A stretch of DNA of 64,000 nt from Phoronis australis (lineage: Eukaryota > Animalia > Phoronida): positions 604,397 through 668,396 of the forward strand of contig NMRA01000183.1 of NCBI GenBank assembly GCA_002633005.1, in the 5' to 3' direction. The notes beneath the pieces are model-generated. The model worked only from the letters and a program-made list of their open reading frames with translations. It did not search any database and was not told the DNA's origin. How positions within the stretch are numbered: the first letter of the stretch is position 1; each line of letters opens with the position of its first letter. Both the position numbers and the translations under genes were made by a program. Shown piece after piece: positions 52,700-64,000 of this stretch.

Positions 52700-53400
52700 C
52701 ACCCACGAAAGGAACACATGTGCAAAATTTCATGAACATACGTCAAGGGTTTTGGAGATAGAGCAGCGGTCGCAGGACGGCATAAAAATTGTCAAGGAAC
52801 TTCACAGAAACAAAAGAAAACGGAAAAAATGAACTAGTCATTAGGTGGCACATTGTTCGTTGGATCCGCCAAAAAGTCGTCGTCTGTTGTTTGCTTCATA
52901 TAAAGATCCTGCAATTGATTTAGGTGATACAGCTATGGGAAACAAAGAAAAACAAAACTACCACTAGGAGGCGCCACAGTAGTCGAGGTCGTCATCGTCA
53001 CCCGTCATCTTCACGTTGAGAACTTATATGTCAATTTACATAATCCTCTTTAGAATGGTTTGGTTCATAAAGTGTGGACTCAAACTAGTAAAAATGGCCA
53101 CCAGATGGCGCAAAATACCTTGATTCCATCAGAAAATGGGAGGATAGCGTCATCTCACTAATAGATGCCTATATTCCAAATTTTATGAATATCAGTCAAG
53201 TACCTTTGAAGATACAGAGGAGACACACAGGAGATACTGTGATGGGCGCAAAAAATCAAAACTGTCACTAGGAGGCGCCACAGTAGTCAAAGTCGTCGGA
53301 AAATCACCATGAGCCGTCCTTTTCACGGTAAGAACATACCTGCCAATTTTCACAATCATAGTTAGAGCGGTTTGATTGATAGAGGGGTAGACGCCAAAAA
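52700..53400 (+). repeat. Degenerate tandem array related to 41800-43138
   Basis: Recurrent AAATTTYATGAA...GATAGAG...CCACTAGGAGGCGC units. Confidence 0.6.
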
Positions 53401-53672
53401 CAGACTGGAAACAGTAAAAACTATGAATTATTCAACTTGACGAACATGTCTAATACTTTCAATCACATGGCGAAACTTGTAATTTTATAAAAACAAACTT
53501 CGCAAAATGAAAAATCGTCCCAGTTACTTTTTGTACATGATTTTATTTCACACTTTACAACTGTAAACTACATTTAGCTTTTGAAACAAACGTTCAAGTT
53601 AGAATTTAATAAATACTCCTTAAAGTTGTAACAATAAAACTTATACAAATAACAGCAGGGCATCCCCGAATC

Positions 53673-54036
53673 CCCGCACGTGAGCACTGAATTGACTTTG
53701 AGGCAGAACATCTACATGTAGGCAGTCTCACCGCGAAGTTTCTTGAGTTGGGGTTCGTCTCCGTTTGAATGAACGTGGATATGGAATTCGCCGCCGATAA
53801 TGGGTCCGTTAAAGAAGTTGTTTGCATGTCCTTCCGAATGGGAGTACGTACAATAGCGACACCCGATTTGACAATTATAACCTTGTCACCTTCACGGAAT
53901 TCCGGCATTGTTTGGTTGTGTGTATCAGTTTTTGCAAACGATAAAATGTAGGCGTATACATTTCTACTATGCGCATGTGATATCAAAAAATACGTACTTG
54001 GCGTTATGAACCAGTCGTGTCCAGCTCACGTGAGAA
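53673..54036 (-). repeat. Third copy of the dispersed repeat at 29390-30380
   Basis: Same conserved blocks. Confidence 0.8.
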
Positions 54037-54244
54037 ATGACCCATGGTTCAATAAATACATTATGCTTTCGCCTGAAGTTGACGGGCAGAAATTAGAAAG
54101 AAAAGCAAACAAAAAGGAGTTTGGCTGTGCATTGTGAAATGATTGCTTTGGTATTGGGAAAAAAGAAATATTTCAACAGTTCTTCTGCATTACCACACAT
54201 TTAGATCTACGCATCTTAGCACAATTAATCAAATGCAATTTTAC

Positions 54245-54356
54245 CCGGTGAGGAGGCTTTGCGAATAGTGAAGTCAAGAACGTCTATGTCTTGGCGCCTT
54301 GCCGCGGTTCTGAACGCGAGTTCAAGCGACTTCTTTGTTATCATCCTAATCACCAT
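54245..54356 (-). CDS. EcKL protein, coding exon 1
   Basis: MVIRMITKKSLELAFRTAARRQDIDVLDFTIRKASSP. Donor G|GTAAAA in phase 1 joins to give ASSPGEGFMS, the expected EcKL N-lobe loop. Acceptor GTTTCAG| at 54361/54360, and a probable 5'-UTR exon ends at 54738 (CAG|GTAAAT). Total about 420 aa. Confidence 0.8.
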
Positions 54357-54370
54357 TGCCCTGAAACGAG

Positions 54371-54587
54371 GCAGATATGTTACATGTGCTGATGCAGATA
54401 TGTTACATGTGCTGATGCAGATATGTTACATGTGCTGATGCAGATATGTTACATGTGCTGATGCAGATATGTTACATGTGCTGATGCAGATATGTTACAT
54501 GTGCTGATGCAGATATGTTACATGTGCTGATGCAGATATGTTTCATGTGCTGATGCAGATATGTTGCATGTGCTGATGCAGATATGT
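54371..54587. repeat. 23-bp minisatellite, about 9.5 copies (GCAGATATGTTACATGTGCTGAT)
   Basis: Directly visible. Confidence 0.95.
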
Positions 54588-57500
54588 CAGATGCGCTTTC
54601 CAACTGACCTATTACAATGATCATTACTCGATACAAATTAGCAGAGTACATGTAGATAGTTCTATGAGACTGGAGAATACGTACTGAATATACGCAAACA
54701 GAAAACAAAATTTAAAGTGCTTAAAACCACAATTTACCTGGTTTCGACAGCATCATCAAACTTGCATAAATAGCAATGAATATCACAATCACAAATTAAA
54801 TATTCCAAAAACGAGAAGAAAGAAGAGAAGGAAACGTTTCTTAGCACCTCAGACACGAGTGTGACGTATGAACGTAACCAGCGTCAGTGAGCTGTGTTCA
54901 TCCACACCCGAGTTTCTTGTACAACCCGATATAATTAAGTTAGGATCGCGAGATCGGGTAATAATTGAGTTGGGATCTCGAGATCCTGAGATAATTAAAA
55001 AAGGAACGCTCGATGTCATCTTTGGGCCACCATACAAACGCAACCCGTCGACATTCTTTATTATAAGGGGAAACTAGCTACAATATCCGACGACTTTTCA
55101 CGCTTACATATCAAAGGATGACTACTGCAGTGATTGGTTGTATCGATTCAAATTGTATATATGTACAAATAAATGCTGGTAACTCGAGATCAGCTAATTA
55201 GCAATCATGAGACAGTGTGTGCGGGTGCTCTATTTTCACAGCTGATACACTGGTGGAGGATTTTTGTAATCCGGACATGGAACTGGCGATTTTAAGCACT
55301 TTAAAAATCTAACGTAGCGAGAAAAAACAAGTTTATTTTTCATTAAAATGGCAGTTTAAGTTGTTCTCATTTTCATTTAGGAAAATCAGGAGCAAGTAAC
55401 AAATTTGAAAAGTTTTCAACTTCAAATAACTTTTGCTATAACTGCTATAAATAACATGCTTCGCAAGACACCAAAATGTCTGGGATTCATTGCATCAATG
55501 TTATAACGACATGTCAGTAGAAAAATCAATACGATTAAAGTTCAGATGTCTCATAGTTACGTCGTAGTGTAATACTCATATGAATCGCCATGGTTACTCT
55601 CGCCCAATCATCAACCGCAGCAGACCGCGACCGAGACGGTCTCGGTGCGCCACCGCCAGGGGGCGAGGGTGACGATGTTAACTGACAAAACACGCCAGGA
55701 CACCGACAGAAAAGTCGTCCAACGTGCTTCCTTTCTTTACGTCCAGCTTTGTCCGGGAGAATGTGGGTTAAAGGAAAAGGCTGAAGAAAAAGAAACAAAC
55801 CAGGAAATCTAACAAACAAGGTGTTCACGGATACCTTACCAAACACACGAAACAGATTAAAACAACTCTATGAGTACACATTCCTGGAATAAAACGCAAT
55901 TAAAGTCACCAAGTCCTGCCAAGCTGTCCCGTTCAAATTCAATCGATAAAGAAAGATTCACATACATTACATCGTTGACTCAAGAACTGAGTGTAGAGAG
56001 AGACATTTAAATTTGTCTATGGTTAAGAGATGTGAAGTTTGACTGTTAAAGGTTAGTTATATCAGGCCAATTTGATTCGTAGTTGTCAATGTTTTGCTCA
56101 GTCTATGGGTTCATTCGCCCCTCTCACTTCCAGTACCGATCCTCTAAACCCGTTGCCAAAATAAAAGTCACAGTGACCACATTCCTCATAAAGAGTAGAG
56201 TCCGAGTTCAGAATTTGAAAATTGCAGAAGCGGCAATGGAACTCGGAGGACATGAAGAAATCTTGGCTTCCACGTGATTTGTTGGACTTCGTCCACGTTA
56301 AATATTTCAAATAAATGCATGTAGACCATGCTTAAATTGATGTTCAGAATTAGTCAACAAGAACCGATAAAAGTTTGCACGGCACTAAAGCAAATCATTA
56401 TAACATAAATTTTAACCAACTTTCATTGACTTCCTTCAACTATTGGCGATCGTATTAACCAAAAGTTAATTAATTAATCATTCACATAGTCCTCCGATTC
56501 TGTGCCACGAGTACAGGAGAAAATGAGTGGTTGTTGGGCCAATAATTACAATAATTCTTTATCTGAAAAGGAGAATTCAACGAAAAATACTTCCAATACG
56601 CGATCTTGATAGAGTAATTTCAATTCACTTACAACGATAAGCCTACTAGTAGTCCCTCAGTGGGCTGACATAGATCTCAGGTTCGTTGCCCAAATATTTA
56701 CTCTGCCCAATAGGTAGGACGACCCAGACCAATGTTACGTAACTCAAAGGCAACTCGTTTAGCCTCAGGAGAAATATTGGCTAGACAGTGAACGACGTGG
56801 GGTTAGCGACTGTATACTGTTGGGTGGTTGAGGTGTGGCGACAGAGGATTTTGCCTCATTAAAAAAAAACTTTCACTCTTCCTCTCAGGCGAGTGAGAGG
56901 TCAGCATAACAAACACTGTTTCGCTCACGACCTACAAATGGTGCTAATCGATCCGTCAGGGCCTGCTTCACGAGATCCCCGGAGTATTCCCGGCATTACA
57001 TTTTAGACAGGTGTGTAGCGGGAAAAAGGCATGTTTGCTTTACAAACACCGCCTAATGTAGGACTAGTGAACGTTGTCCACAAACCTGAACAGCACTCCA
57101 CTAGAGCAGATGCAAACATTTTCGAGTACATCTTTCGCTACCACTGACAATAAAAACATATGCGGATAAAGGAACCCTGCAGAGGATGTTTCGAAACCCT
57201 CGGATGTGATCGTTCAGTCATAACGGACTTGAAACGGATTCTTTATATGCACCGAACTGTGGCCCAACCTGGATACCGGGAATAGTCAGGTATCTTTTCA
57301 TCTCGAGTCTCAGAACCGCTTTCGACAATCTATCGAATTAAATGATAGTTTTTTTCAGCAAGATATTTTGTGTGTTAAATTCGTGAAAGAAGAGAATTTG
57401 ATTTCTGAATGTTCGTTATGCAATTCTAAATGAAAAGTTAAGCCCCTGCTAGCAGATGTGTTTACGTGACTTTCGATAAACTACTCGCATTTACGAAGCT

Positions 57501-60500
57501 TAGTGAGTGTGTGTTTGTGTTTGTATGAATTATTTACTGTTTTCAACTGTTTCTATAATCAATCATTTAAGCGGCGATGTTTACCTCTTGCCTAAATTCT
57601 TTTTTGTTAATTCGACTTCTGAGCAGTGAAAGAGATCTGTAGCCGCATTTACCAATACCCGTGACATAAAATTTAAACAAATGGAAAGTTTACCATGTGA
57701 AAAATCCAATCCAATACTTTGGGTTGCCGACGGCGTACATTGCATGCAAATTATCCCGCTCATGGCAGACTCATAGATCACACATTTGAATTTTCCTGCC
57801 ATTCCGCCACACCACGAAAATGCCCCGCTTTTTGACACATACGGCGACACTGACATAATATCATTTACTAGCGCAGTGTCCTAAGCGAAACATGGCTTTT
57901 TTATTCTCATTCGACTAAAACGAAAAAAACATGGGTTTGTGAGGCACTCGCAGTTGCCCCTTCGACTTTCATAAAAATCAAAAAACGCAATCGGTCTGCA
58001 ACGTATCACGTTCAACAAAAACAAAGTGAAGGCGCAATAGAAATATTAAGATGTCTATGGAAGGCACAATCAGTTTAAAGTACCAACACCCTCAACGTAC
58101 GAAACACGCCAAGATATATTGATCACAACAGCGGCGGGAATATAGCGACAGTCCAGACAGGCTGCGAGCACATAGTACGGACCGTATATTCATTACGTAT
58201 TCCGAAATGTCAACTTAGACTTACAACAATCAAAGATTGGCGTTTTTTCCTTTACAGACGCAATAATACTTACCTAAATCTTCCCGTGTTACAACGACGT
58301 GTTCAAGGCCGTTTTAACGTCAAGTTTAGTCATGTGCACACCACCAATATGTTTATTGCACAGTTGGTGAGCTGACCTATATGTTATATGCGCCAGTTCA
58401 AACCGGTTTCAACCCCTCTCGGACATGCGATCAAGTAGGCTACTGTTGTGAACTGACGGTCATTACTGTCAGCACTAGCGCTGTTGTCACAAGGGTTGCG
58501 TAATTCATGGACGAGCTTGGGGGAGGAAAGGAGCAAGAAAATTTTCTAATTAAGGCGCATGAGTCCATACGCGCACCGACGGTATGTGAGTAAGAGATTT
58601 CCTCCAAAGAATTGCAATCAATAAAAGAATTTCAATCGACACTTGTTAGAGATGTATTTGTCGCTCCTAACTGTGCTAATTGTCGGAATTTTATAAACGA
58701 CAATGCCATTTGAACACGACCTACATGTACGCTAAACGAAATGCACGTCTTCTATTTATTGACAATTTATAAATGTGAAAATATGCAGATAGGTGACCTT
58801 TGCACAAATGACGTACCTTCAGAGGTCACATAGCCCGCATCAGGCAGTGTCCTTTTCTAACACCATGCACGTCACAACACTTACGGACCAGTGGTTGCCA
58901 TTTACGGCGGATCATTTTCGACACAAAACTCGTTCTTAAAAACATCTGGCAATTTTCAACGTACCTGCCTCGTAGTCACATCGTCGCTACATTTTGCGTT
59001 TCTGACTAATTTACCATCCACTCAGATAACGGGCAAGTTCCACTTGGATGAAATGGTCTAAAGGAAATGCGTCAAATCAAGAATTAACTTGTCATAATCG
59101 CCCATCCCCAATGTACTCTTTCTCTTGTGTGTGTTTGTTTATGAGTATCCTGCATGAGGACGTCTCCGCATTGACAATATGCCTTTTTCTCTTTCGAAGA
59201 AACTAAAATTAACAGAACAAATGTAACCCTGACTACAACAAAACCCAGTTACTAAATCCCCGTGTCAATTATCAGAATGAATAGTTTTGTTTCTACATGC
59301 ATGTAGAATGAACCTAGTATATCCTTCAAATATATGGACAAAGGTTATACTATTTTAACATTGGTATTTAAATTTTCATACAATTTAACATTGCATGTAT
59401 ATCATGTTGCATACCAATTATAATAAAAATCACGAAAACAAATTGTTTCGTTTACCATGGAATCCCTCCACTTTTCCTCGTAATAGCACTAACTGTGCAA
59501 TTTTCGTTCAAAACATTAGAAAAATAGTAAGGTCGTGAATATGATCCTTGATGGTCACCTGTGCCCGGAGGCATGAAACAGTCCAACAGTAATTAACTAA
59601 GTTCCATTTATCTTTTGCGTATTTGTTTCGTTCTTTACTCACAGATGTATTTTGTCTACGATTTTGTCTATACTATGAATTCCTCTTTGACAAATGACAT
59701 TTTCGAACATTTTAATTAAATACTGAGCCCTTAATTCAGTCAAAATATTTAATGACTTAGTGCTCAAATTAGGGCCGTTGCATGAAAAGATCCCTACTTG
59801 TTTTCAATAAAACTAAGAATTCAGGTATAAGAGTTCACTCCCAATTTGTATCAAAGCTAAAATAGACTTAGCAATGATGCTCAAACGACATAAGAAAGGG
59901 CAGCCACTGTTTTCACAAGCCCATAAACACGCAGTAGTTTTAGGGAGCTTATCTGAGTCCCTGTTTAGGAGCGTTTCATGCAACCGGGCACTGGCATTTC
60001 CGAGATCGAGAGAACGGTCACTAGGGGACGGTGAGACTTTACTGGAATTGCTTACTGTTGTGCCCTCTTTAGTTGGAGTACATTTCTGCAATTGGAATTC
60101 GAACATTTCACTCAATGGTGGTGGTGGTGGTGCCATCAATGGCGGTGACGGGACGGTGATTTGTTTCTTCTACCTAGCTGTTTGGCTACTATATAGTAGT
60201 GCATGACTAGTCCGCTCACTAATCCCGGCGTTGACTGTAGATGGAGACACTTGAAATAGTTTAACAGTCCTTACAATGACCAAATCAGATAGAATTGTTA
60301 CTGACATTTCCCACAGTTTACTCACCTAGTTTGCCCCGTTTCAAAACTGCGAGCCGATCCCAAAGAAGCACCACGGGAGTTATTTGGTTCTTGCTTCTAA
60401 AAGGGATCACATACATCTGTATAACCTGCGCGTTTTTGTGAGCTCTTTCGGAAATCCCCGGGACAGAATGTAGAGAGTGAGAAGCACACACACTGCAATT

Positions 60501-63500
60501 AGCATAAGAAAACAAGCACGCACATACACCTGTATAGTAAACAACTAAAGTGGCAATGCCACACGTGACGACGTATGACATTAACGATTCGTTTCCGCAC
60601 GGTGGGCAGTCACCTAGCAATGATTTGCCCCTAGTCTTAAATTGATAACAGGATTCTAGTGAGTCAACCACTTGCCTCTCTTAACTAGACATTGGCATGT
60701 TTTTGAACCTTCGGGAAAACCGTGAAGCGTTTTTAACTAGCAATTTTAAACATGGAAGCCCTATCAGCGTTTCAGTTATGCAGAGTCTGAGGAATGGATT
60801 TTTCTGCTGGTCATGCATGTACTAAAAATATATTCTTTTTGTGAACTTGTTTGTAACACGCTATATACCTACAGACATTTGCATTACATTTTAAATAGAA
60901 CACACAAGAAACGCTAGGCTACAGATAGGACCTTATTAAATATCTATCGGGCTTGCTCTCATCAACATAATTAAGATTCCTAATCGGATTAATACAGTGT
61001 AGTTAATGCTTTAGGCTCAATCCTATATTGCTTTGATTAGGATGTGCTGCACGCTATTTTCTACAAACCACGAGACAACTGTAAGGATCAAAGACATCCA
61101 TATCTGAATTTCTAGATCGGCTTGCTCATACCTGTAAAATGGTATGAATTCAAATTTTCGTCCCCTTAACGTTAACCGTTTTCAAAAAGGTACGCGTCAA
61201 ACTGCATTATGAGGAGAGACACCAGAAATCTGGAAAATCAGAATAACAGACAAAAACGATTCGCTTGCAGTACATGGGCCGTATCCTTGGCATTCACCGC
61301 GTGCCTTAATTCTTTGAACGTAAACTAAGTCAACACAGTGAACACTCAGATTAAGCCATGGCGCCATCTATTGCTGAAAAGAAACACCATCGGATTCTGT
61401 GCCGATCCAGTCCAGGATGGTTGCACAAATTTTGGTAGGAAAAGAAAACCTATATTGATGGCATCTGCACTACAAAAATGGTTCCCAGTCGATGAGGCGA
61501 CATATATAAACTTACCTTAAGAACCAGCAACAATCGCTTTGTAAAGCGATATCTTTACAAACGTGAATTCAGTAGCGAGGCATGTTCTTCGAACTTCTGA
61601 CGATATGCAACTAAAGGCAGATCACATGAGTTCGTTGTTCCATTTGGTTGCTATTCCAGTGCATTTGTATCCGTTGCCCGCGCATGAATATTGGAAGCAG
61701 ACTGTCATAAATTCACCATGAGGCATACGGGAACACGCGAATCTACATTATTCATATCTCAATCGTCTTGAGAAAAATAATGTTCACGTCGCATAATTGT
61801 ATTTGCCGACTAATGCGACTGCTATTCTTGGTGTCCGTAGAGAGACTTCTTTCACTGACATCAGCCAGGGCGTTATCCGTTGACACCTGCCTAACTTAGT
61901 CTCGACTACCCTGACAATAAGCGTGTGCGACTCCAGGAATGAGTCTGTGAATAAGAACTACGTCCTTAGTTGCGTTCGAAGTCTATTGACTAAGAAGACG
62001 TTATATTCAATTACCTCGACTGAAATCAATTTATAGCTTTCAGAAGTAATCCTCCGCGATTCGGTAATAATTTATTTATCCGCTTTAGTCCGACAACCAT
62101 GTCACGCAATGGGCAATCCCGCAGACAGCGAAGAGAATGAACTCGGATCACGAAAAGATTTTAAATGAAGACAATCCATTGATTATTTGCAGAATGATTA
62201 AGGCCCGTGTGGTCAGTGTAATTTGCCTAAGCGGCTCTCGACTGCTAAGTCTTTTACAGGGGAAACCACTGAGTTCTTCTCCGTCTTATATTGACTCATC
62301 TATAGAAAACAAAGCGTAGGAGCATGAGTTTCATGGACTCCGATGGCTTGTTTACCACGTCATCGTAATCTAGAAAAAAAAAACGACTCAAGTGATGTAT
62401 GTCTTTTACAGGAGTCCGAAAACAACTTTTTTTCTAAAGTAAGTTGCTTTCAAAAACCATCTCCGACATCACTGTTACGTGCGATTATTTAACCCAATGT
62501 TATTTATGCATTCTAAACAAAGAGCATTAAATTTAGTTTGGCTCAAAATTTCCAGAACTGTTGGTTTTACGTCGGCAATGATTCCGTAAATGTGAGGTAC
62601 AGGTTTGTGTATGTGTACAAGGGTGCTGGAATATTTCTTTTAGCATCCTTTTCAGTTCTGTAAGTGGAAGTCTTGGCTTAAACTCAGGACAGAGACTTGT
62701 AAATGTCGTAGTTACTACGGTCGTTGATACAGGTTATAATATTCAGACATAATCACAGCTTAGTCTCCGAACCAGGTTAGTAAGAGTGACTGTGTTAATT
62801 AAAACTGAAGTTAGATTCTTTTTAGCCAAGACCGGATTTTGATAAACAGGCCCCGAACTTTTAGCAATGAGTCAACGAGTAAGTAAGTTTTTCGAAGAGT
62901 TTGTCAATAACTAATCGTTTCATCGGGTATTGATGTGTATATATAATTAGACCAGCTATGTCGCGCAGAGCATGATTGCTAAAGGGGAAGTCGTACATGT
63001 AATTTGTTTAGAGTTCTTTCTTTGTGTTGCGATTTAGCCCACGTGTAGACACTGTCAACAATGTCATCACCACAGTCCACACTGTCTTGTAGCCAGCTGT
63101 TGAGAGATGTCACTTTAAGGTTTTGTCACTGACAGCGATTTTCCATGACAACCCCGTTATTTATTTCTCTTTTAGCGACAAATTTTGTGATTTTTAAAAA
63201 GCTTGAGTTATGTTTTTAAACGATATGTTTGTTTTCAATGTTTACTTTCTACTCTTGGCAAATTCTTTAACATCCTTTTGTGTGCAAGATATTCAAAAGT
63301 GTACAAGCGCTTCTTTAACTTATTTTTGGCAATTTTAAACATCGACTTATCTTCACAGCATGGGCATCAGATTCACTCTCATTTCATCTGTGGCCGATTC
63401 CTCAGACTTCAAATTTGAACGGATAACTTTCGACGGAGTAAACGATTGTGTCGAGTCCTGCTTAAAAATTGTAAACAATATACATGACACATAGTACAAC

Positions 63501-64000
63501 ATACATGTACACGAGATGGCCGGTAACTACATGCTTGGGCTAAAACAAAAAGGACCTTTGTCACCGACAAAAAACGACAATCACGGGAGTAGTTCTTTTG
63601 ATTTTTAAGAAATTGATTATGATTTTTCACTGTACGAGACGTCACCTGTGTTGACAACGGGCAGTCAAAAGGTTATTTGATGAAAGGTAAGTAGACTTCC
63701 AGTTAACTGGACGACATGTAATATACCAACAGTCATCGGCCGGGTGGGCACAATGAGGTGGCTTGTGTTAGCTCCCGTCGCACCCCCGACTACGAGCATG
63801 TTTCATTTTCAAATTGACGCAACTGAAATCATTCTGGAGACAGTCCAATGCACATGACCGTCCTGTGTGCCTCTTGTTAGGTTCTGAGATACCGGTGACA
63901 TAAATGAGCTGACACCAAATGGGGCCGACAGATGCTGAAAGAATATTAAATAAAGAGACTTAGTAAATTTTCTCTAGGGATTTCCGAGGATAATTACTGC

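Noticed and set aside
57195-57240. Hammerhead-ribozyme-like CTGA...GAAA arrangement on the minus strand
   Set aside because: The core reads CTGAACGA rather than CTGANGA, and no convincing stems are present.
58266-58276. ATACTTACCT, matching the U1 snRNA 5' end
   Set aside because: No U1 sequence follows. It is the complement of a 5' splice-site consensus.

Overview
Animal (invertebrate-type) genomic DNA from a draft assembly: spliceosomal introns, one 109-N gap and two single-N joins. Three protein-coding genes are well supported. (1) A mitochondrial alternative oxidase (AOX) with an uninterrupted CDS on the minus strand. (2) A four-exon Shab/Kv2 voltage-gated K+ channel (22786-44192, plus strand, about 783 aa by my splice reconstruction). 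(3) A two-coding-exon ecdysteroid-kinase-like (EcKL) phosphotransferase (54356-50790, minus strand, about 420 aa). The rest is intronic or intergenic DNA full of non-autonomous DNA-transposon relics (TAG..CTA-ended elements, CATG-ended MITEs with 5-bp TSDs, Helentron-like elements, a foldback), tRNA-derived SINE heads and mini/microsatellites. The signals most worth a second look are: at least 25 dispersed TACATGTA palindromes, plus TAGGCCTA, that behave like cut-and-paste transposon excision footprints; a THAP-domain relic facing a YQFEPEY fragment (Kolobok-like); repeat arrays carrying same-orientation CTCF-like motifs; an in-frame uORF and C-terminal extension on AOX; and competing splice donors on Kv2 exon 2. 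No database search was run. Family assignments come from recognised motifs, and I cannot claim a wholly new biological system.
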